This document shows positions 10,484 through 18,505 of a stretch of 42,604 nt of DNA, in pieces. Under the pieces are notes generated by a model. It was not told the DNA's origin. It searched no databases and worked only from the letters and a program-made list of their open reading frames with translations. The stretch spans positions 1-42,604 of the forward strand of contig MHLM01000016.1 in the NCBI GenBank assembly GCA_001821395.1. The letters run 5' to 3'. The position numbers and the translations under genes are program-made. The number at the start of each line of letters is the position of its first letter. Positions within the stretch are counted from its first letter, which is position 1. The stretch comes from Candidatus Lloydbacteria bacterium RIFCSPHIGHO2_02_FULL_50_18 (GTDB taxonomy: Bacteria > Patescibacteriota > Minisyncoccia > Phycocordibacterales > UBA6899).

Positions 10484-11338
10484 TTATTTTTTTTCCTCAT
10501 TGAGAATACTGAGGTCCGGAAGCCGTTCGGGTCTGCACGCGTCCACAATGCCGTCTGGTGAGGCAAACTTGCGGAGCGTATGGTCATACACATGGGAACT
10601 TTTCCACTCAAAACATCCAAGCGCACCGGGGATGATCGACCCGTCACTCGTGTTCGGAATATCCCTTGTGCGATACAGGCACGTGCGGTATTTGAGGGAG
10701 TGATTAATAGCCACATCCGTAGCACCGCCTCGTGATACATATGCCGGAGTTGTGGGACTATTGAACATAAAGAGTCGCGGTGTAGCGGGGACAGCATCTC
10801 CATAATATGACCCATGCGACCTTGGGAACTGTTCAGGGGCTTTATTCCACTCCATGAAGTAGTGCCTCGTTGCACGCTTTGGATCGCTACCAAACAGCGG
10901 ATCAAGTAGAGGGGAGTCCACGACCCAATCAGGGTGAAGAAACAGCTGGTGCTTCCCGAAATGCTGATGCAGCACATTATGCTGAATGACCATGGTGCCG
11001 TCCTTATTCTTCTCCGAAGAATAGACGCAGCCTCGCACGTACTGCACGAACGCAAAATCTTCAAGGTGTGCGTGATCTGTCGTTTCATACCAGGCATACA
11101 CGGATGTGTTCGCTATCTCGAAATCATTGCGATTCGCCGCAGGGAGTTGCCAGTTCTTCACACGAAAACCAAATTCCTTGAGTGCTGCCGGAAGGGTGGG
11201 GTCTTCACTGCACGAAACTTTCGGCGGACATGCACTGGCGCGGAATGTTTTCTGGTCTCCACTCGAACCTTGACCCGCCAAACATGCGGACGCAAGTATC
11301 GCGGCGAAAAAGACGGTGGAAATGGTCTTATGCATCAT
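10484..11338 (-). CDS. Secreted protein or lipoprotein of unknown function (284 aa), paralog 2.
   Basis: Signal peptide MMHKTISTVFFAAILASAC. The conserved blocks shared with paralog 1 are listed at 9252..10169. Terminator cccccacagtgggggg lies after the stop. Confidence 0.8.
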   Translation of the reverse strand: MMHKTISTVFFAAILASACLAGQGSSGDQKTFRASACPPKVSCSEDPTLPAALKEFGFRVKNWQLPAANRNDFEIANTSVYAWYETTDHAHLEDFAFVQYVRGCVYSSEKNKDGTMVIQHNVLHQHFGKHQLFLHPDWVVDSPLLDPLFGSDPKRATRHYFMEWNKAPEQFPRSHGSYYGDAVPATPRLFMFNSPTTPAYVSRGGATDVAINHSLKYRTCLYRTRDIPNTSDGSIIPGALGCFEWKSSHVYDHTLRKFASPDGIVDACRPERLPDLSILNEEKK

Positions 11339-11640
11339 TTTGCTCCATGAAAAGAGCGGTCACGTCTCATTTCATGCTACGTGCCTCTTCGCCCCTGACC
11401 ATATTGACACAATGCGGATTCAATATTCCGCATGAATATCGAAGACGGTTACAATATTTGACCATCCGCAAAACCACGCGAAGTTTCCACACATGGGAGG
11501 TGAAGGAGTTCCCGAATTGTGCCGGGATGTATCAGGGTACCCTTAGTACAATTCACTAGGCGATGAGATGCGTGATGAAACACGCAAGCCGTTGAGGCAA
11601 CCTCTCTGTGTAATTTCGTTCCTGCAAAGTTTTTCAACCA

Positions 11641-12315
11641 TCAATCGACGGCTTTCTCGACCTGTTCTTTCTCATAGTCCAGCCATTCTTCAACAAATTT
11701 GGCGAAGTCTCCTGTGTTTTCAAAATAATCAGGAAACTCGCTCGGTGAAAGTATCGCCGACTCTTCCCTTTTGCCAACGGCATAATCCTCGTAGCTCGAA
11801 TATCGATACCCCTCGAGATACTTCTTCGCCGCAGACAGATTCTTGATTCCTCCCTCCTTCCACTCGGGCTCGATCAGTTTCACGGGGTTCAAGTGAATAT
11901 ACGCATATAGGTATTTCAAATACTCGTCACTGTCGACATGCTCCGCCTTAAATCTACCTTGAAATAGCGGACCAACCCTCTTATTCTTTAAATTGAAATA
12001 CTTCGAGTAGCTCGTAGTGAGTTTTTCCATGAACGTACTAACTCCCCCTTCAGATATCTCCTTAACAAGTAGGTGAAAATGATTATTCATAAGTACATAC
12101 GCACCAATCGCAACAATTTTGTCATCTACCTCTATTTTATCCAAAGGCAGCCTTTGGATAAGTTTATAAACTACTGGCCGAGTGCTATTTGAGATGTGTA
12201 ACATCCGGTGGAAACGTACTCGATCACTCCTATCCATGAAGATATCTCTTTTCTCAACTCCGCGATTGTAAACGTGGTAGTACTCCCCTTCTGCAAAAGT
12301 AATCTTTCTATTCAT
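11641..12315 (-). CDS. HUH Y1 transposase, IS200-like / REP-associated tyrosine transposase (RAYT-1), 224 aa.
   Basis: YHVYNRG...YVLMNNHFHLLV (HUH motif)...GPLFQGRF.AEHV...YLKYLYAYIHLNPVK (catalytic Tyr region). A paralog is at 32268..32930. The cognate palindrome ccaaaggctgcctttgg lies upstream at 12331-12347 and 12397-12413, and inside the CDS at 12141-12157. Confidence 0.85.
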   Translation of the reverse strand: MNRKITFAEGEYYHVYNRGVEKRDIFMDRSDRVRFHRMLHISNSTRPVVYKLIQRLPLDKIEVDDKIVAIGAYVLMNNHFHLLVKEISEGGVSTFMEKLTTSYSKYFNLKNKRVGPLFQGRFKAEHVDSDEYLKYLYAYIHLNPVKLIEPEWKEGGIKNLSAAKKYLEGYRYSSYEDYAVGKREESAILSPSEFPDYFENTGDFAKFVEEWLDYEKEQVEKAVD

Positions 12316-12330
12316 TCAACTAATTTTACT

Positions 12331-12413
12331 CCAAAGGCTGCCTTTGGACAATTGGTCGGGGTGTTAATTCAATCACGTCTGCTCCAATCAACATATCCAA
12401 AGGCTGCCTTTGG
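12331..12413. repeat. Two REP-1 palindromes (ccaaaggctgcctttgg) at 12331-12347 and 12397-12413, upstream of RAYT-1.
   Basis: Perfect 7-bp stem palindrome. The two copies are 66 bp apart. Confidence 0.8.
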
Positions 12414-12486
12414 ATGGGGTGGGGGGGTATTCAGGATATAACAAAATCCCCTCTTTCGAGAGGAGTTTTGTTTTCCAAAAAATTAC

Positions 12487-12530
12487 GGCAAACACAAAAG
12501 CCCCTTTCGGGGCTTTTGTGTTTGCCAAGG
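12487..12530 (-). terminator. Strong terminator for the surface-protein gene. Perfect 18-bp stem ggcaaacacaaaagcccc / ggggcttttgtgtttgcc with a tttc loop.
   Basis: Hairpin followed by a T-run in the minus sense, about 50 nt after the stop at 12579. Confidence 0.7.
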
Positions 12531-12578
12531 TAGGTCCTTGGGAGTTTAGAACTCCAACTGAGTTCAGACTGGGACGAA

Positions 12579-15500
12579 TTACTTCGTGAGAGCCTGTGAG
12601 TCGGTTGGGATGTTCTTGACCAAGTAGTCGTTGTTCCAGTCCGCAGTTGTTCCGGAATGTCCGAGAACAGACTCATCTGACCATACAAATGTTGCTGTTG
12701 CTCCAACAGTATTGCTGTTGGTTGGCGCAACATAAGTAAGACCACTTGAGGCGATACTGGTTGTGACACTAGCACCTGCGGTTACTGTTCCACCGATAAG
12801 TGCCTTCACGACGTAGGTCTTCGATCCGGAAACTTCCTGATCATTAAGACCTGAATTGAAGGTAACTGTACCTGCGTTCCAATCTATCGTTGAGGTTGCT
12901 CCAGTGAGTGCAGATGACTCATTGGCCGAATCGTAAATTGCGAACGAACCGATGGTAACGGCCGGTGATGACGATGTCGCAAATGACATTGCCAATTTTC
13001 TCCACGCGATCGTGCCACCTGCATCAGCAGTGACCGTGAACTTTGCAATCGTCATCGTTCCTGCATTGAGGACCGTTGTTGGGAGAGCAACATTCGTGAT
13101 CGTTGGCTTGGTCTTGTAAGCGTACATACTGTTTCCAGTGATTTGTGCATTGTTGAATGTACTTGTCGCTGAGTAGAATGCAGTCTTAACGCCATTTGAG
13201 TCCTGGCGCTCGTACGCTACAAGCGATACTCCGATATTCGAACCAGCTGCTGCTGCTCCTGTACCAACCGTACCAAGGTTTGCGTAAACGTCGATGACCT
13301 TGTTTGAGTTGTAAGGAACTGCGAATGACAATCCGGTCTTTGTTGCGACTGAACCATCAAACGGCTGATTTCCGATCGTTGTTGCACCATCCTTGAAGAT
13401 GAGTTCCGCGATCGCAGCTGAACCTGTCGAGGTTGCAGTGAGCGAAGTGATCGTGAACGCATCGTTCTGAGCAGAGAACTTGAACGAAGCGACCTTTGGC
13501 ATCGAGTTTGCAACAACAAGTGCTGAAACTGGTGTCGATGCGTCAAGTGCGAGCGTCAATGAACCTGTGCCAACAGTAATGGTCTGTCCTGCAACTGCAG
13601 TGCCAGTAACTGCTGTGCCTGAGTTCTGGGAAGTTCCCGAAACGCCAAGCTTCATGACAAGATTCTGCAACGCAACAGGAGTTGCATTAATCGTACCGTA
13701 CACTGAGAAATTCAACGTCGTGTTGGCAGCGATTGCCTCGTTCACTGAGAACGTCGAAGTTGTCGCGAGTGTAGCCTTCGCTACTGAAGTCTTTGTGCCG
13801 TACACGACATACAAATTCGATACTGCGGTAAGAGGAAGTGTTCCTGAATTTACCTCAACAGTAATTGTATCCATGTTCAGACCCTCAGAGTTACCTGAGG
13901 TCACGCGGAAATCACCAAGCTTGTACGCGGACTGAGGGACCGTGATGGTCTGGTCTGCATATGCGGTGTATTTCGCGACAGATGCAGTACCTGCGGCAAC
14001 CGTGAGCTGGCTTCCCGATACTGCACTACTGTTGAAGTATGCGAGTGAGCTCATGCGGTAGACGTTCGATACACCTGCAGCGAGATTTACAGTGAGTGTA
14101 TCGCCTGCTGTTGCAACTGTACTGTCAACAGTATCTGCGATGTCACCGCGAACTTCGAGCATGTAATCCTTTCCGTTTTCAAGCACCATGGATGAGCCGA
14201 GATTGTACGAAGTGTAAGTTGACGATGCATTGTCCTCATTGAGGGCTGCTGTCGAACCAACCTGTACGCCATCGAGGAAGAGTGCGCCGTTGCGAATCTG
14301 GTGCCATGAGTTATCGGAACCAGTGAAATTCACACGGAGATTCTCAACCTTGAGATTCTCACCCGCTGCTCTAACCTTGAACTTCGCAAGAGTCACCCCT
14401 GAACCACTCAAGACAACATTGCCTGAAGGCGATGATGTGTCTTTTGTGATCGTAAGTGTTCCTGTGTTGATACTCACTGCAGCACCCTCAACTGGGAACG
14501 CAGTAAGCGCAGGTGAAGTCACGTTAACCGTTGGTGTGACGACGATGTTCAGCTGGCTGTCCCAAAGCTCAACATCCACCACGCGGCGAAGTGAGAACTG
14601 GAAGTTGCGGTTTGAACCACCGACAATGTCAGCGACCATCTTGATCACGTGGCTACCGGCCTTGACCGTAGCAGGAGTTGCGAGATTGAACGAAACGAAG
14701 CGGTTGCTGTCAGCTTTTTCAACTGCAGTACCCACCTGTACTCCGTCCACCATAAGGCGGAAATTCTTCACGTCATCTCCATATACCGAGCCGATCTGCT
14801 GGAAGCGGATAGCCGACATAAGAGTATCGCGAGAACCGATAGTGACGTTTGACTGCCACACTGTGTAGTCATTCTGAGGATCGATCGTTCCACCGTTAGG
14901 AGAGAACGTTGTGAACTGCGCTGTTGCCATTCCTGAAGGAGCGGCAGCAATCGTCATTTCCGAACCAGAGATAGGAGTACCAGTGATTGCACCAGTGTCC
15001 GATGTACCATCAGTAATCATGATTCCGACAGTCTGACCATTGGTCGAACCGGCGATATCTGCGCGAACTGCAACAACGACTGAGCTCATTGCAGGAACCG
15101 TGATGAGTCCAGCTGAGTCAGAGAACGAAATCACACCTGTTGAGATGGAAGCGGCGTCCGTCAAGCGGTTGCCCATACCATCGTAAAGGTAGACGTTGTT
15201 CAATGTTGCGTCAGACGAAACACCAGTGCGCTTGAACTTAAGCGAAGTAACCTTCGCTACTGCTCCTGCGTTGGTGAGCTTGAATGCTGCAAGTGTTGCA
15301 ACACCCTGACCAGAGATAAGCGTCTTGCCCGTTGGTGACGAAACATCAAGTGTTACTGAGACTCCCGTACCTGAAGGTACGCCTGGAGTAACTGTTGCAC
15401 ACGAGACTCCTGTCGTTGGGCTGAAGCCAACAGCTGACGTACAACCTGCTGGGAATCCAGTCGTGGTCGTTGTCGTCGTCGTTGTCGTCGTCGTTACTGA

Positions 15501-15947
15501 CGATGCGATCATCCCGTTCATCGCTGTGCGTGAGAGGGGTCCAAAGTATCCCACTGCTGGGGCGATACCGTTGGCTGCCTGCCATGCTGCGACTGCTGAC
15601 TTCGTAAGTCCTCCGAAGTATCCGTACGCAACGCCGGCTGGCATTACGAGGTGACCCTTCGAAACGAGATACTGCTGAAGCGCAGTAACATCTGCACCTT
15701 TCGATCCAATCGTGAGACTGGTACCGAAGGTATAGCTCGTTACTGTTGAGCCTGTTGTACTTGTTGTGCTACCAGCCTGTGCAGCCTGAAGTGCTGACAC
15801 CTGGGCAAGCAGCGCGTTGATCTGAGCTGTAAGATCTGCGATGGTATCTGCCGAAGCAACTACCGGGCCCATCATCATGATGGCCGTCGCAAAACCTACG
15901 AATCCAGAAACGACTTTCGCCGTTTTCGTATTCTTAAAATTCATCAT
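12579..15947 (-). CDS. Large secreted surface protein of 1122 aa. Signal peptide, N-terminal peptidoglycan-binding domain (PG_binding_1-like), poly-Thr linker, long Ser/Thr/Ala/Val-rich Ig-like repeat region.
   Basis: Signal peptide with VASA cleavage motif. GSKGADVTALQQYLVSKGHL...GYFGGLTKSAVAAWQAANGI resembles PG-binding domains. A run of 13 Thr is encoded by a triplet repeat at about 15465-15500. Embedded overlapping ORFs such as 12431..12775 and 14230..14868 are spurious. Confidence 0.85.
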   Translation of the reverse strand: MMNFKNTKTAKVVSGFVGFATAIMMMGPVVASADTIADLTAQINALLAQVSALQAAQAGSTTSTTGSTVTSYTFGTSLTIGSKGADVTALQQYLVSKGHLVMPAGVAYGYFGGLTKSAVAAWQAANGIAPAVGYFGPLSRTAMNGMIASSVTTTTTTTTTTTTGFPAGCTSAVGFSPTTGVSCATVTPGVPSGTGVSVTLDVSSPTGKTLISGQGVATLAAFKLTNAGAVAKVTSLKFKRTGVSSDATLNNVYLYDGMGNRLTDAASISTGVISFSDSAGLITVPAMSSVVVAVRADIAGSTNGQTVGIMITDGTSDTGAITGTPISGSEMTIAAAPSGMATAQFTTFSPNGGTIDPQNDYTVWQSNVTIGSRDTLMSAIRFQQIGSVYGDDVKNFRLMVDGVQVGTAVEKADSNRFVSFNLATPATVKAGSHVIKMVADIVGGSNRNFQFSLRRVVDVELWDSQLNIVVTPTVNVTSPALTAFPVEGAAVSINTGTLTITKDTSSPSGNVVLSGSGVTLAKFKVRAAGENLKVENLRVNFTGSDNSWHQIRNGALFLDGVQVGSTAALNEDNASSTYTSYNLGSSMVLENGKDYMLEVRGDIADTVDSTVATAGDTLTVNLAAGVSNVYRMSSLAYFNSSAVSGSQLTVAAGTASVAKYTAYADQTITVPQSAYKLGDFRVTSGNSEGLNMDTITVEVNSGTLPLTAVSNLYVVYGTKTSVAKATLATTSTFSVNEAIAANTTLNFSVYGTINATPVALQNLVMKLGVSGTSQNSGTAVTGTAVAGQTITVGTGSLTLALDASTPVSALVVANSMPKVASFKFSAQNDAFTITSLTATSTGSAAIAELIFKDGATTIGNQPFDGSVATKTGLSFAVPYNSNKVIDVYANLGTVGTGAAAAGSNIGVSLVAYERQDSNGVKTAFYSATSTFNNAQITGNSMYAYKTKPTITNVALPTTVLNAGTMTIAKFTVTADAGGTIAWRKLAMSFATSSSPAVTIGSFAIYDSANESSALTGATSTIDWNAGTVTFNSGLNDQEVSGSKTYVVKALIGGTVTAGASVTTSIASSGLTYVAPTNSNTVGATATFVWSDESVLGHSGTTADWNNDYLVKNIPTDSQALTK

Positions 15948-16503
15948 ATAAGTCTGCTTGTTAATGTGCTGTAAATAATACAGCTACGAACCTACTAATA
16001 ACTTTCTTATAATCACGGTAATACGTATGCGATCGATATTCCGCCCTACTCGCCGAATCCCGCAAGAGAGGCAACGGGCAAAGCAAGAAATATTTTTCAC
16101 ATACGACGGGCACGACCAACTGCTATCGTATGTACCCTTCTATTCGGAATGCCTTGTGCACTCCTCCTTCGAGTCTACATGCGACGCATGAATTCGTACC
16201 GAACTAGAAATCGTTCATCGAGAACGAATAACAAGATCCGTTACTTCCCTCCGCAACTCCGAACATAACATTGAGAGTCACTTCGGAAATCACACATCCG
16301 CTATTTTGTTTTCAATGAGCTATCCATTTCGGCTTTCCTCCATACGTGTCCACTTCATGCACCCCGGAGCGTCCGGACATAAAGCGAGCGCATCGCATTG
16401 CATTCTGTACAAACATACAAAGACAGAATCGCTCTGCTCTCGAAAGCACAATATAATTATAGTATTTCTCCCCTCTTCGCGCCAAAAAAATGGTGCAAAT
16501 ATT

Positions 16504-16512
16504 GTGGATAAC
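16504..16512. promoter_or_regulatory. Perfect DnaA-box 9-mer TGTGGATAA (TTATCCACA).
   Basis: Exact consensus 9-mer in the 1.1-kb non-coding region. A second one is at 18219-18227. Confidence 0.3.
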
Positions 16513-16689
16513 ATTTTAAACAGCCACGTGCTGTTTTTTGCCCCACAAACGTTGAGAATACCTGCGTGCACCATCCCTGGTACACGCAGGGGCATAGTAC
16601 ACGCCCCCACCCATGCCAGTCAAACGATTATACGGCCTGTTTGTGATGTATTTAAGACATGGAAATAGAGCTATTGGACATTGGACACC

Positions 16690-17000
16690 AGCAGACAGCC
16701 AACTTCTCTAGGGTCGAACCTCCCAAAGCTGAGGAACGACCTTGGGCTGTCAAAGACACTGGTAAAGGTGTCTTTGAAAGTTGTCTTTGAGGCGGTTGTT
16801 TTAGGGGTGTAGGAAGGTGTGCACAACGTCGATGGGAATAGGCGGATGCTTAAAAGTTGGGGAGAGATGGGAGACAGACAACTTCTCTGAGGTTGGACCC
16901 TAAAAAATGAACGGCTTCATCAAGGTTGAACCTTTCAAAGCCAGACAACTTCTCCAAGGTCACACCTTCCAGAGCTAAGGAATGACCTTAGTCTGATATT
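16690..17000. repeat. Cluster of REP-like hairpins in a 1.1-kb intergenic region. Units at 16708-16746 and 16936-16973 match the consensus, and half-units lie between them, each preceded by acaacttctc.
   Basis: Consensus ccaagg-NNNN-acc-tYYcaaagcYRagg-N-NNNN-accttRg. Other units: 17462-17499, 17559-17596, 18426-18463, 20992-21029, 33433-33470, and a split unit at 22997-23016 plus 23075-23091. Confidence 0.8.
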
Positions 17001-17076
17001 GGTGACTAACCTTCGCGAAGTGAATATATGCTCCCCGAAGCAAAGACGAAGACGTCTTGCAACGGGGCAGGCCAGC

Positions 17077-18045
17077 TTATCCAATCAATGAGTATGTTGA
17101 CCACCTACGTTCGCCCCTTTTGACCAACGTGCCTTCTATCACCATGGAGAGAAGTTCACGCTGAATGGTTTTTTCTGAAATGCCGGGGATGCTCTTTGCG
17201 ATATCGCCGACCGTGATGGCGGGCTTCTGCTTGATGAGCGCGAGGATGATCTTGCGTCGGTCATCACGGGTCACATCAGGGCGAGAGCGGGCGATGACAT
17301 CGCGGTCGGAGATGACCAGGCGAGGCTGCATGTAGGAGCGGGCGGGTTGCGGAGTTGGGGTATTGGGTGCTCTTGGTGAGACTAAGGGGGGTTGTTGCAT
17401 CATCAAGGAATCACCTTTGCGCTGCGTTGTCGCTGGTGTGAATTGCTGAATCGTTGTGGGTGCTGCAACCAAGGAGACACCTCTCAAAGCCGAGGAGTCA
17501 CCTTGGTTTTGCTGCGGGGTTGGAGTGAACGTGCGCACGAGAGGAATAGCGGGAGTATCCAAGGAGACACCTTCCAAAGCTAAGGAGTCACCTTGGGTAT
17601 CTTTCGGTACCTCAAAAAAGCGTTCACTCAGCATCGTCTTGCTTCGCTCTTGCATGCGATTCCATTCCATCTCGACGCCATCCTTCAGTGCACAATATTC
17701 TTTCCGCAACATCGAGGCGTTCATCTCGCTCACCAAGTGTGTTGATGTTGCGACATCAAGAAACGAGATCAGCTTCTCGATCTTCTTTAGGACGACACGG
17801 AGCATGCTCATCTTCTCGCTCGACGAGATCGTCGCTGCGACCGTGATGTCGGAAAGCACTTCGACTCCGACCTCCCTTGTTTTCCACTTCATCGGCTCAC
17901 GATCGGACAGAATGTCCGTAACGAGGTAAAGCGCCGTTGTGAGCTTCTCCGCTTTGCGCACAATATACCCATAGCCGTGAAAGGCTTTGGGTGTTTGCCC
18001 TTCGTGGGTGTTCTTATTTTGCTGACTGTCCTTTTGATGTTCCAT
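17077..18045 (-). CDS. Hypothetical protein of 322 aa with a C-terminal winged-HTH domain. The central low-complexity linker contains two in-frame REP-like hairpins.
   Basis: C-terminus DIAKSIPGISEKTIQRELLSMVIEGTLVKRGERRWSTYSL is wHTH-like. The REP units at 17462-17499 and 17559-17596 encode the duplicated peptide QGDS.AL.GVSL. The gene is divergent from ftsK. Confidence 0.55.
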   Translation of the reverse strand: MEHQKDSQQNKNTHEGQTPKAFHGYGYIVRKAEKLTTALYLVTDILSDREPMKWKTREVGVEVLSDITVAATISSSEKMSMLRVVLKKIEKLISFLDVATSTHLVSEMNASMLRKEYCALKDGVEMEWNRMQERSKTMLSERFFEVPKDTQGDSLALEGVSLDTPAIPLVRTFTPTPQQNQGDSSALRGVSLVAAPTTIQQFTPATTQRKGDSLMMQQPPLVSPRAPNTPTPQPARSYMQPRLVISDRDVIARSRPDVTRDDRRKIILALIKQKPAITVGDIAKSIPGISEKTIQRELLSMVIEGTLVKRGERRWSTYSLIG

Positions 18046-18236
18046 ATAGTGTCTTTAAATTGTCCTTATATGATGTCACACAATTTATTAAAAGTCAAAT
18101 GCTGTCTATTAACCTGTCCTTGAATGCGTCTGGAGCAATAATTTATGTCCATCATACTCACCGACGGCAGAATGTCCAATAGTGTCCGATTGAGGGCGGA
18201 ATGGGGCAAAAAAACACCTGTGGATAACCTACGCTC

Positions 18237-18328
18237 GGGATTGCTTATTGAGGGCACGCATAAAAGTCTGCTGACTTTTTGCTCAGACTCCCGCCGCCGC
18301 GGTCCGTAGCCCCTCAATAAGCAATCCC
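18237..18328. promoter_or_regulatory. Long hairpin: perfect 18-bp inverted repeat gggattgcttattgaggg / ccctcaataagcaatccc around a 56-nt loop that contains a smaller hairpin. It lies in the divergent promoter region upstream of ftsK, next to a DnaA box at 18219-18227.
   Basis: Inverted repeat read directly from the sequence. Confidence 0.45.
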
Positions 18329-18505
18329 TCGCTCCGCAGAAAGTATTTGGAGTTTCATGAGAATCATTTAATGCCGTGGCACCAAAACCGGAGGAATTGC
18401 GGCAAATATAAAATGGACAACTTCTCCAAGGTCGGGTCTATCAAAGCCTAGGCCCGACCTTAGTCCATTTTTTTGTGATAAAATCAGAGCAAATTAAATA
18501 CCGCT

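Noticed and set aside
12431-15654. ORFs 12431..12775, 13217..13546, 13480..13935, 14230..14868 and 15325..15654
   Set aside because: They are embedded in the 1122-aa surface-protein gene, or overlap its terminator region, in other frames.
15950-16690. Searched the 1.1-kb non-coding region for RNase P RNA, tmRNA, SRP RNA and tRNA signatures
   Set aside because: Absent in either orientation: GGAAAGTCCGGGCTCC, the tRNA-like CCA end with an ANDENYALAA tag, and the GGTCCGGAAGGAAGCAGC SRP motif. No cloverleaf-compatible tRNA was seen here or in other spacers.
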